From assembly GCF_964355755.1 (NCBI RefSeq), contig NC_092672.1:13950001-14014000 (forward strand): 64,000 nt of DNA, read 5' to 3'. Source of the stretch: Antedon mediterranea. Taxonomy: Eukaryota > Animalia > Echinodermata. The stretch's first letter is position 1. The number at the start of each line of letters is the position of its first letter. Below, in pieces: positions 12,401 to 23,745 of this stretch. The notes beneath the pieces are model-generated. The model ran no database searches. It was not told the origin of the DNA and worked only from the letters and a program-made list of their open reading frames with translations. A program made the translations under genes and the position numbers.

Positions 12401-15400
12401 GGTTTGAATTCCCAAAGCAAAGTCATTTTTTTTTTTCAAAATGTAATATGTTTCACTATACTAATATGTAATTAATATTGTAATCTTTTATTTAATTTTT
12501 TAAAATTTATATCTTAATGCTGAAGCAACTATTACTAAGTTTATAATTATTTCCAGATTTGTTGGTTACCCTGGTAACTATACCCGTGTTTTTGGCTTGA
12601 GAACTGAAGAGTGTGCGAATGGTGGTTGTCTGGTAGAGCTTGCCCAGCAGCTACTTGTTATTATGGTCGGCAAACAGATGATTAATAACTGTCAAGAGGT
12701 TGCTGTCCCGTAAGTACAAACATCATTTGTTTTAATAAAATACTGTTAACTCCATCAAAACCACACTCTCTTGAAACTCATCCCAAAGCCAAGCTTCTTG
12801 TAAACTAGATACAAAACTTGACATTTTGAATGGAAAACCAACAATTAGGGTGTAGGTATTGTGAAAGTTGACTGTATAGGTTATATTGTATTTATATCAA
12901 TGTTGTTTAGTGACTTACATAGTCACTTTATGTTTTCAAATTGACACATTTATGTATCTAATTCTATAATATGTAACACTAACAGTATTTAATTAACAGT
13001 AGTTTAATGCAACATTTCTCAAACTTTATTGAACTTTTTTAGAAAGTGAATAAATATTCTTTCAGGAAAATTAAACAGTTTATTCAGCGTTGGAAATTGA
13101 AAGGTTCATTGGGTGATCGTGAAAGTACTCGGTGGGAAGAAGATTACCAACTTGTAGAGAATGAAGGACTTTTTGAAGAGTATCTTGAAATGAGTAAGTA
13201 GGATATTAAGTAGGACTCTTTGAAGAGTTTTTAGAAATAAGTAAGTAGGATATTAAGTAGGACTCTTTGAAGAGTTTTTAGAAATGAGTAAGTAGGATAT
13301 TAAGTATGACTCTTTGAGAAGTTTTTAGAAATAAGTAAGTTGGATATTAAGTATGACTCTTTGAGAAGTTTTTAGAAATAAGTAAGTAGGATACTAAGTA
13401 GGACTCTTTGAGAAGTTTTTAGAAATAAGTAAGTAGGATACTAAGTAGGACTCTTTGAGAAGTTTTTAGAAATGAGTAAGTAGGATATTAAGTAGGACTC
13501 TTTGAGAAGTTTTTAGAAATAAGTAAGTAGGATATTAAGTAGGACTCTTTGAGAAGTTTTTAGAAATAAGTAAGTAGGATATTAAGTATGACTCTTTGAG
13601 AAGTTTTTAGAAATAAGTAAGTAGGATACTAAGTAGGACTCTTTGAGAAGTTTTTAGAAATGAGTAAGTAGGATATTAAGTATGACTCTTTGAGAAGTTT
13701 TTAGAAATAAGTAAGTAGGATATTAAGTAGGACTCTTTGAGAAGTTTTTAGAAATAAGTAAGTAGGATATTAAGTATGACTCTTTGAGAAGTTTTTAGAA
13801 ATAAGTAAGTAGGATACTAAGTAGGACTCTTTGAGAAGTTTTTAGAAATGAGTAAGTAGGATATTAAGTAGGACTCTTTGAGAAGTTTTTAGAAATATGT
13901 AAGTAGGATATTAAGTAGGACTCTTTGAGAAGTTTTTAGAAATAAGTAAGTAGGATACTAAGTATGACTCTTTGAGAAGTTTTTAGAAATGAGTAAGTAG
14001 GATATTAAGTAGGACTCTTTGAGAAGTTTTTAGAAATAAGTAAGTAGGATATTAAGTAGGACTCTTTGAGAAGTTTTTAGAAATAAGTAAGTAGGATATT
14101 AAGTAGGACTCTTTGAGAAGTTTTTAGAAATAAGTAAGTAGGATATTAAGTATGACTCTTTGAGAAGTTTTTAGAAATAAGTAAGTAGGATATTAAGTAT
14201 GACTCTTTGAGAAGTGATTTGAAATGAGTAGTTGATATTAAGTAGGACTCTTTGAGAAGTTTTTAGAAATAAGTAAGTAGGATATTAAGTAGGACTCTTT
14301 GAGAAGTTTTTAGAAATAAGTAAGTAGGATATTAAGTATGACTCTTTGAGAAGTTTTTAGAAATAAGTAAGTAGGATACTAAGTAGGACTCTTTGAGAAG
14401 TTTTTAGAAATAAGTAAGTAGGATACTAAGTAGGACTCTTTGAGAAGTTTTTAGAAATAAGTAAGTAGGATATTAAGTATGACTCTTTGAGAAGTTTTTA
14501 GAAATAAGTAAGTAGGATATTAAGTAGGACTCTTTGAGAAGTTTTTAGAAATGAGTAAGTAGGGTATTAAGTAGGACTCTTTGGAAAGCTTTTGGAAATG
14601 AGTAAGTAGGGTATTAAGTAGGACTCTTTGAAGAGTTTTTTTAAATGAGTAGTATGATATTAAGTAGTAATCTTTGAAAAGTTTTTAGAAATGAGTAAGT
14701 AGGGTATTAAGTAGGACTCTTTGAAGAGTTTTTTTAAATGAGTAGTATGATATTAAGTAGTACTCTTTGAAAAGTTTTTAGAAATGAGTAAGTAGGGTAT
14801 TAAGTAGGACTCTTTGAAAAGTGATTTGAAATGAGTAGTTGATATTAAGTAGGACTCTTTGAAAAGTTTTTAGAAATGAGTAAGTAGGGTATTAAGTATG
14901 ACTCTTTGAGAAGTGATTTGAAATGAGTAGTTGATATTAAGTAGGACTCTTTGAAAAGTTTTTAGAAATGAGTAAGTAGGGTATTAAGTAGTACTCTTTG
15001 AGAAGTGATTTGAAATGAGTAGTTGATATTAAGTAGGACTTTTTGAGAAGTTTTTAGAAATGAGTAAGTAGGGTATTAAGTATGACTCTTTGAAAAGTGA
15101 TTTGAAATGAGTAGTTGATATTAAGTAGGACTCTTTGAAAAGTTTTTAGAAATGAGTAAGTAGGGTATTAAGTAGTACTCTTTGAGAAGTGATTTGAAAT
15201 GAGTAGTTGATATTAAGTAGGACTTTTTGAGAAGTTTTTAGAAATGAGTAGTTGATATTAAGTAGGACTCTTTAAAACATTTTTGAAAATGAGTAGTATA
15301 TTATGTAGGACTCTTTGAGAAGTTATTTGAATAAATATGGATACTAAGTAGGACTCTTTGAGAAGTTATGGGAATTATGTAGGATAAAAAATTGTGTAAT

Positions 15401-18233
15401 AAGGGAAAATATATTGATGCCCGATTAATTTTCAAAAGAGAAAACATGATCTGAAAACGATGTACAGTGTAACACCCGACGAATGTGATGACAAGAGGCA
15501 GAATACTAATAAATATATTGCAAAGTTATTGAATCATAATATTATTTGTCATACTGTGGGACGAAAAGAAATGATATGGTATCAATGTGTATGCGCCTAT
15601 AGTATTTGTTGAATATCTACCTTTTCACTTTGTTAATATTTATACTTAAATTGTTTTTTAAAGTTCTACAATTTGGATTCATCACAATCTTTGTTGCATC
15701 ATTTCCATTGGCACCGTTGTTTGCTCTCCTCAATAACTGGATTGAAATCCGTCTGGATGGCGCCAAATACCTCTGCGAAGTTCGTCGACCAGTTGCAGAG
15801 CGAGCAGAAGATATTGGCATATGGTTTAGTATCTTGGATGCTATTGCACAGATCGCAGTTGTTAGTAATGTGAGTTGTTTTTAGAACATTGAGAATTCAA
15901 TATGCACTTTATTATTATTTCTATTAAAGAAAGGAAATCTTCAAAATGAATTAATTCGTATTGTACTAGGAGCCCATACTGTAATTATTTATATATATTT
16001 TTTGTTCAAGTTCCTTTATTCAAACAGTAAAGCAATATTCTCGTATGATAGCATTATGCACAAAATAGTTTGCCATGTCCGGATAGACCAAATAAGCTCA
16101 AAGAACTTTAACACAGGTTCCACCAGTGTGAAATATAAAATTAAAACCATAAATATTAAGATTTATTCTCTAATTAATTGTTTTCGTAAGTCTACATATT
16201 CATTGTACAGTAGAACAGCTAAGTTCGAAAGATATGAGAAAGCATTTCATCAAAAGTGTATTGCTTTGGCTTTCTTGTGTTTATTACAATAGTCGTTTTC
16301 TCCAACTTACAAGGAAACAGATTGACAATATACCACCTACATGAGAAAACTTCAGTGCAAAATGTAGATTAAAACAATAATGTTAAAATAGTTGCATGTT
16401 TTAGGTATTATCATTAATGTATCACAATAAATAATGTTATGCTGTATTTTTCTAGGCATTTTTGATTGCATTTACTTCTGATTTCCTGTCCAGAGCATTG
16501 TACAAGTATAAACATGATGGTGTTCTTGATGGCTATACTAACTACACCCTCTCTACATCACCAGAAGGCTCAATGTCACAAACTTGCAGGTTAGCATACA
16601 ATATTTTTAAATATTTGTTGCTAAAAGGAAAGGTTGTCAAAATTGCGTAAATGTGGGGAGAATAACCTGTGGCTTGCAGCCTAAACTGAGCTGAATTATA
16701 CACATACAAAAAGTTCTCCCCTAAGAGATCCATTTGTGTGGATTGCTTCCACCAAACTACGCTCATTTGTCTGCACACAGCGGCAGTGGCTGAATGGACC
16801 AGTACACCAGGGTTACCCTCTACTCTTCCGAAAGATGAGTAAGTTCTTTACACGATGCAGTTTTGTCTATCACCACCAAAACAATGGTTGAGGAGTGACT
16901 CGAACCTGTGCTGATTGTATAGCTATTGTATACTGTAGCTTTGCGCCGCCCTGCCTTAACCACTCGGCGACACTGGAAATTAGCTTAAGCCAGATCTTTA
17001 TGTACATAAACATTCACATACTGTAACTTTAGTTTATTTTTACATTTATACTACAAATTGATGTGTAGTACATAGAAAAGTGATTGATATAATTATAATG
17101 TTGCTGGTTATTTGAAGTTTTTCCTTTTCCTGCTGCCAAGAAAATACTGCAGTAGAAACAGGCCCAATGAACAACAACAAATGTTGATCCTGGAGGTGGA
17201 CTATATTGCAGTGTACTAATATTTATCATTTCAGGTACCTTGACTATAGAGATGAGAATGGTGCATACAAGGTCACATACTTCCAGCTGCTGGCACTCAA
17301 ACTCCTATTTGTCATTGTTTTTGAAGTAAGAATTGGTTGAACATTATTAAAAGTGTTTAAAACATAGTGTGAAGAAGAAATAATAAGCAAGCTCTAGCAT
17401 AAATTTATACATTACTCTTGACCAGTGCTATTAGAGTGCAATTACATTCAGATTTGAAGTACCTTTACAGTTATTTTACATTGCATTACCAACCTAATCT
17501 GTTTATTCATATAATCCTTTGATTTATGTACATTTTTTAAGTCCAATTTGAGCCTGGCAAATTTATAACATTCACAATTGCATATGCAAAAGAGTGAATA
17601 TACAATTTGGACAGATTTATCATTCATAAAAATGGGGAAAATAAATGTTTCTATCTTAAAGACTTTCTCATTCATACACATTTATTCATATAATGATTAC
17701 AAACAACAGATTTTCAACTACCTTAAAGCAAAAGTTTCTTTTTTTACTTATATTTATAATACATTTGAATTTCCTATTATGATTTGCTTAGCACTTTGTT
17801 TTTGGTGTTGGCAAGTTGATAGACATGGCCGTGCCTGATGTCCCAGAAAGCCTTGAAATCAAGATAAAACGGGAGGCATACATGGCAAAACAAGCCCTTA
17901 GTGAATTACAGGTAATAATAGATAATAGACTTATTTATTATGCGCTTATAACATTGTCTCAAATCACAGTGGACTAAATGTAACATACAACATCTTTCAT
18001 CACACCAAAGGGTTCCTTAGCTTCTAGCTGCCACCACAGTACTTTATTTGTCAGTCCACAAAAGGGGAGTTTCGATTTGCAATTTGCAATGACCAAACTT
18101 TGTCATGTTAGTTCATTGTGTGCTTGCGAAAATATTGGGATGTGTTGCCTCACTTCTCACCTGTCAACACAGGTTTAATGGTTTTCTACAGGTCCAAGTG
18201 ATGACCAATAACACAACGATTGACCTGACCTAG
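409..18233 (+). CDS. ANO7: Anoctamin-7-like (TMEM16 family Ca2+-activated channel/scramblase), 5'-incomplete, 19 coding exons visible
   Basis: Exons 409-502, 952-1232, 1537-1673, 4695-4863, 5319-5484, 6309-6399, 6553-6658, 7225-7285, 7595-7677, 10440-10577, 11414-11609, 11937-12048, 12557-12709, 13066-13193, 15664-15869, 16456-16589, 17235-17325, 17792-17911, 18192-18233 (last exon tentative). All are AG/GT bounded and in frame. Motifs: [124 protein letters not shown]. Family is secure; the ANO7 subfamily call rests on recalled motif similarity. Confidence 0.9.
2850..3290. repeat. ~43-bp minisatellite, about 10 degenerate copies, in an anoctamin intron
   Basis: Unit AAAAGTGCACATTTGATTGGCTATCCTTGTCCTGCGAGTATTT repeated head-to-tail; explains the spurious ORF 2818-3144. 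Confidence 0.9.
4967..5253. mobile_element. Kolobok-like non-autonomous DNA element (degenerate)
   Basis: TTAA-AGATGTATT at the left end and GACAATATCT-TTAA at the right end; the same termini occur at 26316 and 28561-28577. Confidence 0.45.
8092..10276 (+). mobile_element. Internally deleted CR1/L2-group LINE: ORF1 plus ORF2 C-terminus plus A-rich tail
   Basis: ORF1-like 8498-9006 ([15 protein letters not shown]...HRIG...PRPIIVRF...VYISEDLT). ORF2 tail ~9170-10147 ([16 protein letters not shown]...[16 protein letters not shown]) with stops and frameshifts. (AATAAA)n-like tail. 13-bp direct repeat AATAATTGTATAT at 8079-8091 and 10277-10289. Confidence 0.85.
10705..10900 (-). mobile_element. 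Degenerate copy of the SINE seen at 63585-63894
   Basis: Shares ATTACCCC..TTTTTGGATCAAACA.GTATGGAAACAT..TACTCCCATAATGCAGC and TAAGTAAAGT.TCTTG with 63661-63830. Confidence 0.65.
13166..15385 (+). repeat. 47-bp minisatellite (about 47 units) derived from an exon end and 5' splice site; 92-bp (45+47) higher-order repeat at ~14807-15270
   Basis: Unit GGACTCTTTGAGAAGTTTTTAGAAAT(A/G)AGTAAGTAGGATATTAAGTA. The first unit is the coding GGACTTTTTGAAGAGTATCTTGAAATGA|GTAAGT. The GTGATTTG variant recurs at 14821, 14913, 15005, 15097, 15189. Confidence 0.97.
16640..16977 (-). mobile_element. tRNA-derived SINE-like relic
   Basis: Minus strand has A-box-like TCGCCGAGTGGTTAAGGC and B-box-like GGTTCGAGTCA; the 3' boundary is approximate. 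Confidence 0.55.
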
Positions 18234-19469
18234 GTTGGTTGTCCGTCATTGGTCATGGCAAATAAAAAGTTCATGGCATGACATGGCTGGAATGGATACA
18301 AAGGGTACCTCCCTTCTGAAAGATGCACAAAAGCCATGTGTGTACACTGGACCTCCAGAAGAGAACAGATTATTATATTGTGTTGTCTTGTGATTTTCAC
18401 ACATAAACCACAGTATACACAACACATATTACAGTCTAGAATATAAAACATCTATTAATGCTTTTTACAGTTACTTTATACTTATAAAAGTAAACCAGAT
18501 ATTGTGATTTTCGCTGAAATCCTACTGTTAAGCTTGTTTTAAAATTCAGAAAATGCTGTTTGTATTTTATAACAGGTAGAAAGCAGAGTTTTGTGAAAGG
18601 TAACATCTAGCATGTTAACCTAGTATTTCTTTAACTGCACTTTATAGTTTTATGTACAATACATAATAATAATATACTGTACTATACTATGCTTTTTTAT
18701 AACACAGCATCTTCAGTACTACAACTGCATGCTGCACCCAAAAGTCATATACTAATTTGGCTTTGTAAAAAGCTCCTACTATTAGTATTCATTTATTCAT
18801 GAACAAATATTTACAAAAAACGTTTACATTTGTTGCAGTAATCCAATAAAAATGTTTAGGCAAGCAAATAATTAAATTTCTATGATACCAATTGAATCAT
18901 CTAATTGCAGTAGAGAGAAAATAGTTCAATGGTTCTAAATGCTCTTTCTTGTTGACTGTAAACAACTTAGATGGTGCTGGTTATCTAATAATTACATTAA
19001 GGTTTAATACTTCATTCTTATCTAATAATTCTTTGTAATAGAACTGTTTATTATCATTAGTCTGTCTCTAGTCAGTAACTTCAGAATAACCTCGTTTTTT
19101 TAAAACCCCTATTAAGGGATCACTTTCTCATGAAATGAATAAGGGGAAAATATATTTATTTAATAGTTTTAACACTGTTGCCAATCCTATTAAAGGGACA
19201 CTTTGGTGTGTCCCATTAATATGGCCTCTGCTGTAAGTCTAAACCCAATTAAATGAAATCAACAATTATTTCATCTATTCAAATACTATAATTACAAAAA
19301 AAAATATTCTAAATAGAATAACAAATTATTTAAATAACATTAACCTATTTATTGATTATATAATATTGATGGATTATGTATTTTATTTCATTTTTTGTGT
19401 AACAATAATGATCCCAAATTACTTGCAATTACATAATTAACGGAGCTTGTTAATATGACATCATTCTTA

Positions 19470-19613
19470 AGCTCCATCTATACTACTGTATCAAACTTCA
19501 TGCGAGAATGTGCTGTGACCATATGATATGGACACGATGATGTCATATCACTACCATATTTGGGCACATCACACTTTTTTGTCAAACTAGTTTGATAGTG
19601 TAGATGGAGCTTT
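19470..19613. mobile_element. ~145-bp Harbinger/Tourist-like MITE (family copy 1)
   Basis: Inverted termini AGCTCCATCTA..TATCAAACT / AGTTTGATAGTGTAGATGGAGCT; internal GTCATATCACTACCATATTTGGGCACATCAC shared with other copies. Confidence 0.75.
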
Positions 19614-22600
19614 GAATGAAATTACATACTTTCCATTCTCTTTCTAATTAATTTATCATCAATACTAACAAATATTGTGTATCAGTATACATTTGAACCA
19701 TTTGAAAAATAATTTATATTTGAGTGTATCTTCATACTGTTATACAATTTAAGCTTTAAACATATTTTAATTTAATTTCTATCCACAAAACACTCCTGTT
19801 CTTTTAAACGAATAAAGGGAAATATATGTAATACCCAACCACTATTTAACGGGCACCCACATAAGTCCATCATCTGTATATAAGTTGACGATCCCAGAAT
19901 AATTTTGTTGTGTTTTTATTTACATTTAATAGGGATGCTATATGTATTTAAATTAGAAATTCTTCCTTGTACCTGAACTAAAACTAAGCATTTTTTATGT
20001 ATTATTGTTTTTCTTTTTTATTTATCTTTTCTTTTTTGTCTTTTCAGGCATAATTCATGGCAACAGGCAGCTTAAATTACTGACTGCAACAAGCTAAACA
20101 AACACTCATTGCTCTATATTTACAGTATTCTCTATTGCTTTACTAATGCCTAATGGTTTGGGTTTAAAAAAAGAAATTCTTTACAAGCCCTGTGTCAAAA
20201 TCATGTGATGATCTAAACACGGCAATTTTAGATTGGCATTATTTAGGAATAAGTTAACTATAGTTAATAAGAATGACTAAATTTAATGATTGTATAAATA
20301 CAATACAAATACATTTATTCATCAAATCACAATAAAAATAATGATGTGTTCAATGTTTAAGAAAATGTATAGTAAATTCATTTAATTGAAACATCAGCTA
20401 GTTTTGAAGAAAAAAAAATTAGGCCTATGTTTAAAAAGACCAAGAAAAAAACCAGCAAATAACAAAAAAGACAATTATGTTTTGGATCATCACAGAATTG
20501 AAAATTTGTTAATGCCAAATAAGAAATGAAATTATTTCAACTCTTGATCCTAATAATGGTCTTGATAAATTTTGTTTTCTGTTTTTTATTGTTAACATAA
20601 ATTATTACTATTAGTGAATTTGTATTGAAGTTTAGCTCAGTGGATTAACTAATATTGGACCCTCTTTAATTTTAAATACATTCAAAATAATTATAACAAA
20701 CAATATAATATATTATAAATAAATAAATATCTAGTGCCTATATTAAGTACTGTAATCAAATTAGGCCATGTAATAATATACTACTAGCAAGTGACGGGGA
20801 ACAATTGATTTTTTAATATAATTATTTTTATTTTTACAGCAATTAATGCTTTTATTTCAGGCAAAAATGCTAATAATATAATAATATATGAAGAACATTT
20901 ATTTCCATTCAAATAATATTTCCCGTCTAGATGGGAAGAGGCTGTTCAAAAAGGTCATTTAAACAGTTTTAGTTAGCGCAAATACAGGTTGGTTTTTGTC
21001 TGGCAAAATATTTATAGTAAAAGCTGAACGTGCAATAGAACCATATAATGGAACCATTAAATCACCTTTACTGTAAGTCTAATACAATAATAACCAATCA
21101 AATGGCAATGATACATGGTTGTACACAAATGTCTACATCTATATGTATGAAAATTATAATATTATTATTAATAGCGTGGTGAATATGTATAGTAAACTCC
21201 TTATATGGTAATGCTAAAATCAAATGCATTAAATTATCTTGAATTTTAATACATTGATTACAGTGTTATAGGTTTATAATGAAATAGCTTCTTTTGGGAA
21301 TTATGTGTGCTATGCATTTTTATGACAGGATAATCATACTAAATCATATAAAATATGTACCTTGCAATATTCACTAATGGCATTGTATCATTTTGTTTGT
21401 TGAATATTTTACCATTTAATGGTAAACGATTTGGTTTTGTATCCTAACCAATTTATACCTAATTCTTTTATTATCAGTGTACAATTTTGCATTTAGATAC
21501 ACTTTTAAATCTTTATAATGTATGCATATATAGTCTTAGTACAAAATGAGAAAAGTAAACAAACATAATTACTGATTTAATTGTTTGCAATTTAACTATA
21601 ATTTGAAGCGAGCGTACTGTCTAGTTATTACAATTTATTATTATATTGTCTTCCACTTTATTATATTAATTATTATATTATAGATATTATTCTATTTATC
21701 TTTTATTTTTTATTATTACATTTTCAGAAATTGTTATTGTAGCATGTCTGCAAATAAAAATTATTTATCATATTTCAATATTCAGGTTTTAATTTTAATT
21801 ATTTTAAATACACATAAGCAAGACAGAAACAAATTCAGTAATGTTTAATTATATTAAAGTTATAAGATATCGTAAGAAATTCAACGTTTATAAATTTAGA
21901 TGCCTAGTTTGGGAATTCTTTCCTTGGAGATATATGCAAACCATATGGTCTATGTATTGGCAATGTGCAATTGTATTTATAGGATTTGGTTTTTCTTACC
22001 CATAGCTTCTTGAAATAAATTTTAAATTATTCAATATATATCAAAGTTGTATTTGTTGGAATTGACTTGATTATTATTGATTATTGCTACCAAGTCTCAC
22101 ACATTCAGCATTGCTGTTATGCTCGAAAATTCTTGAAAAAATGGATGTATAATATTTTCAGATATCGATGTATTTGCAAATTTGATAATATACTTGATCA
22201 AGCCGACACAACAACTCGTGATTTCAAACTTGTATACAGTATGCTGATGCGCTGCCTGTGTTGTCTTGGTTTCTGTGTTAAGCAGAACAGATTATAGCTG
22301 ACCCAAATCATATCAAAATTACAACTTAACAGTTAGTTTGATCAGTTAACTCTCTTCAATACCTCCATGCCGTTCAATTCGCTAGAATAGGTTCCGACAC
22401 ACATCCAATGTCTGATAGGTTTCACAATGTTATGTTAGACGATAAGAAATACCGCACCACCTGATTTAATACTAACATGGGTAATTTTAGTCTGACATAC
22501 AAAAATGGTTAAGATGAGAGGAAACCTCTACGGATTCATCTTGTGCAAGGAAGGGAGCAGTTTGATAATTTATCGCAGTAATAATAGTAATTTCAAACAT

Positions 22601-23745
22601 CTTTCAGCATTCCATAGTTTGCATTTATTATCAACTATCAATCGCTTTTAATAACCAATCTCCATGTATTACAGACATTCTTTTCTAGTGAACATTTTAT
22701 AAAGACAAGACAATCTTTTGTATGCTATATAATATTTATTACCGAATACTTCCATTGTATGATTTTTTTAACAATTGGAATTCTAAAAGATGAAAAAAAA
22801 CCATAGCAGACCACTGGCATGATTTAAAATCACTGAATGCAGTTTATATCGGTATTTATTTATTTATCCTTAAACTAAACAGAAAAAGAAACAGAATTTA
22901 GGAATGAGTTGGGGATATGTATCAATTACCAATTTTGTAAAAGAGTACATATCATAAGACTATCGGCATTATTTTAATACCACTCAAAAATTTGAAAGAA
23001 AAAGAAGAACCAAAGAAAAAAAATCAAATAAAAATAACTTATTGAAATTAAGATTCAATTGTTTTCTCTTTTTTTTTAAATTTTTTTTATATATATTATT
23101 TTTTACCCTTTGAAAACAACGAATAGATTTCAACATTTGGAAGCACATTATTATTGGATGAATGGACATTTTATCTAACCCCCTTAGTTATAAATTTAAA
23201 TGGGAGATGCATATGTTAATAGGGATGTATGCTGTTGAATACACAGCTTGAAAAGGTATGCCTTTTTAACCCAGTCAGCAATTAAGTACATGAATACATT
23301 AGATTAATCCTACGACAAGATTTACAAGGCACTGAGTTAAGAGAGCTTCAAGTTAATTTGAGTTGTCTGATGATGACATTAACACATCAATTCCAAATGG
23401 CTATCAATCACTGCTGGCCACCTTCATTTCCAACAAACTGTGTCAAACTCAACTTTCTATATCAAATTTTCTCCAAATATATTGGTAACTATACAGAAAT
23501 GCAATTTATTGAAATTTTCCCGGAATTAATGTGTAATTTGTAATCATTGTTAAAGAAAATCAACTGGATGGTGGAGGTACTGACACATTTAATAAAACAT
23601 CCATGATTTTGTAAATTTTTATATTGCTTACATTTTCATACATAAAATCTGTCGATCAATAGTACCTTTTTTTTTATCGACAATTCAATTTAAAATAGCA
23701 TTTATGAAACATAAACCAGGTTGACAAGAAAAACAAATGATTTTC

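Noticed and set aside
13166-15385. CRISPR-like or coding repeat
   Set aside because: Head-to-tail units without unique spacers, rich in stop codons, lying inside an intron.
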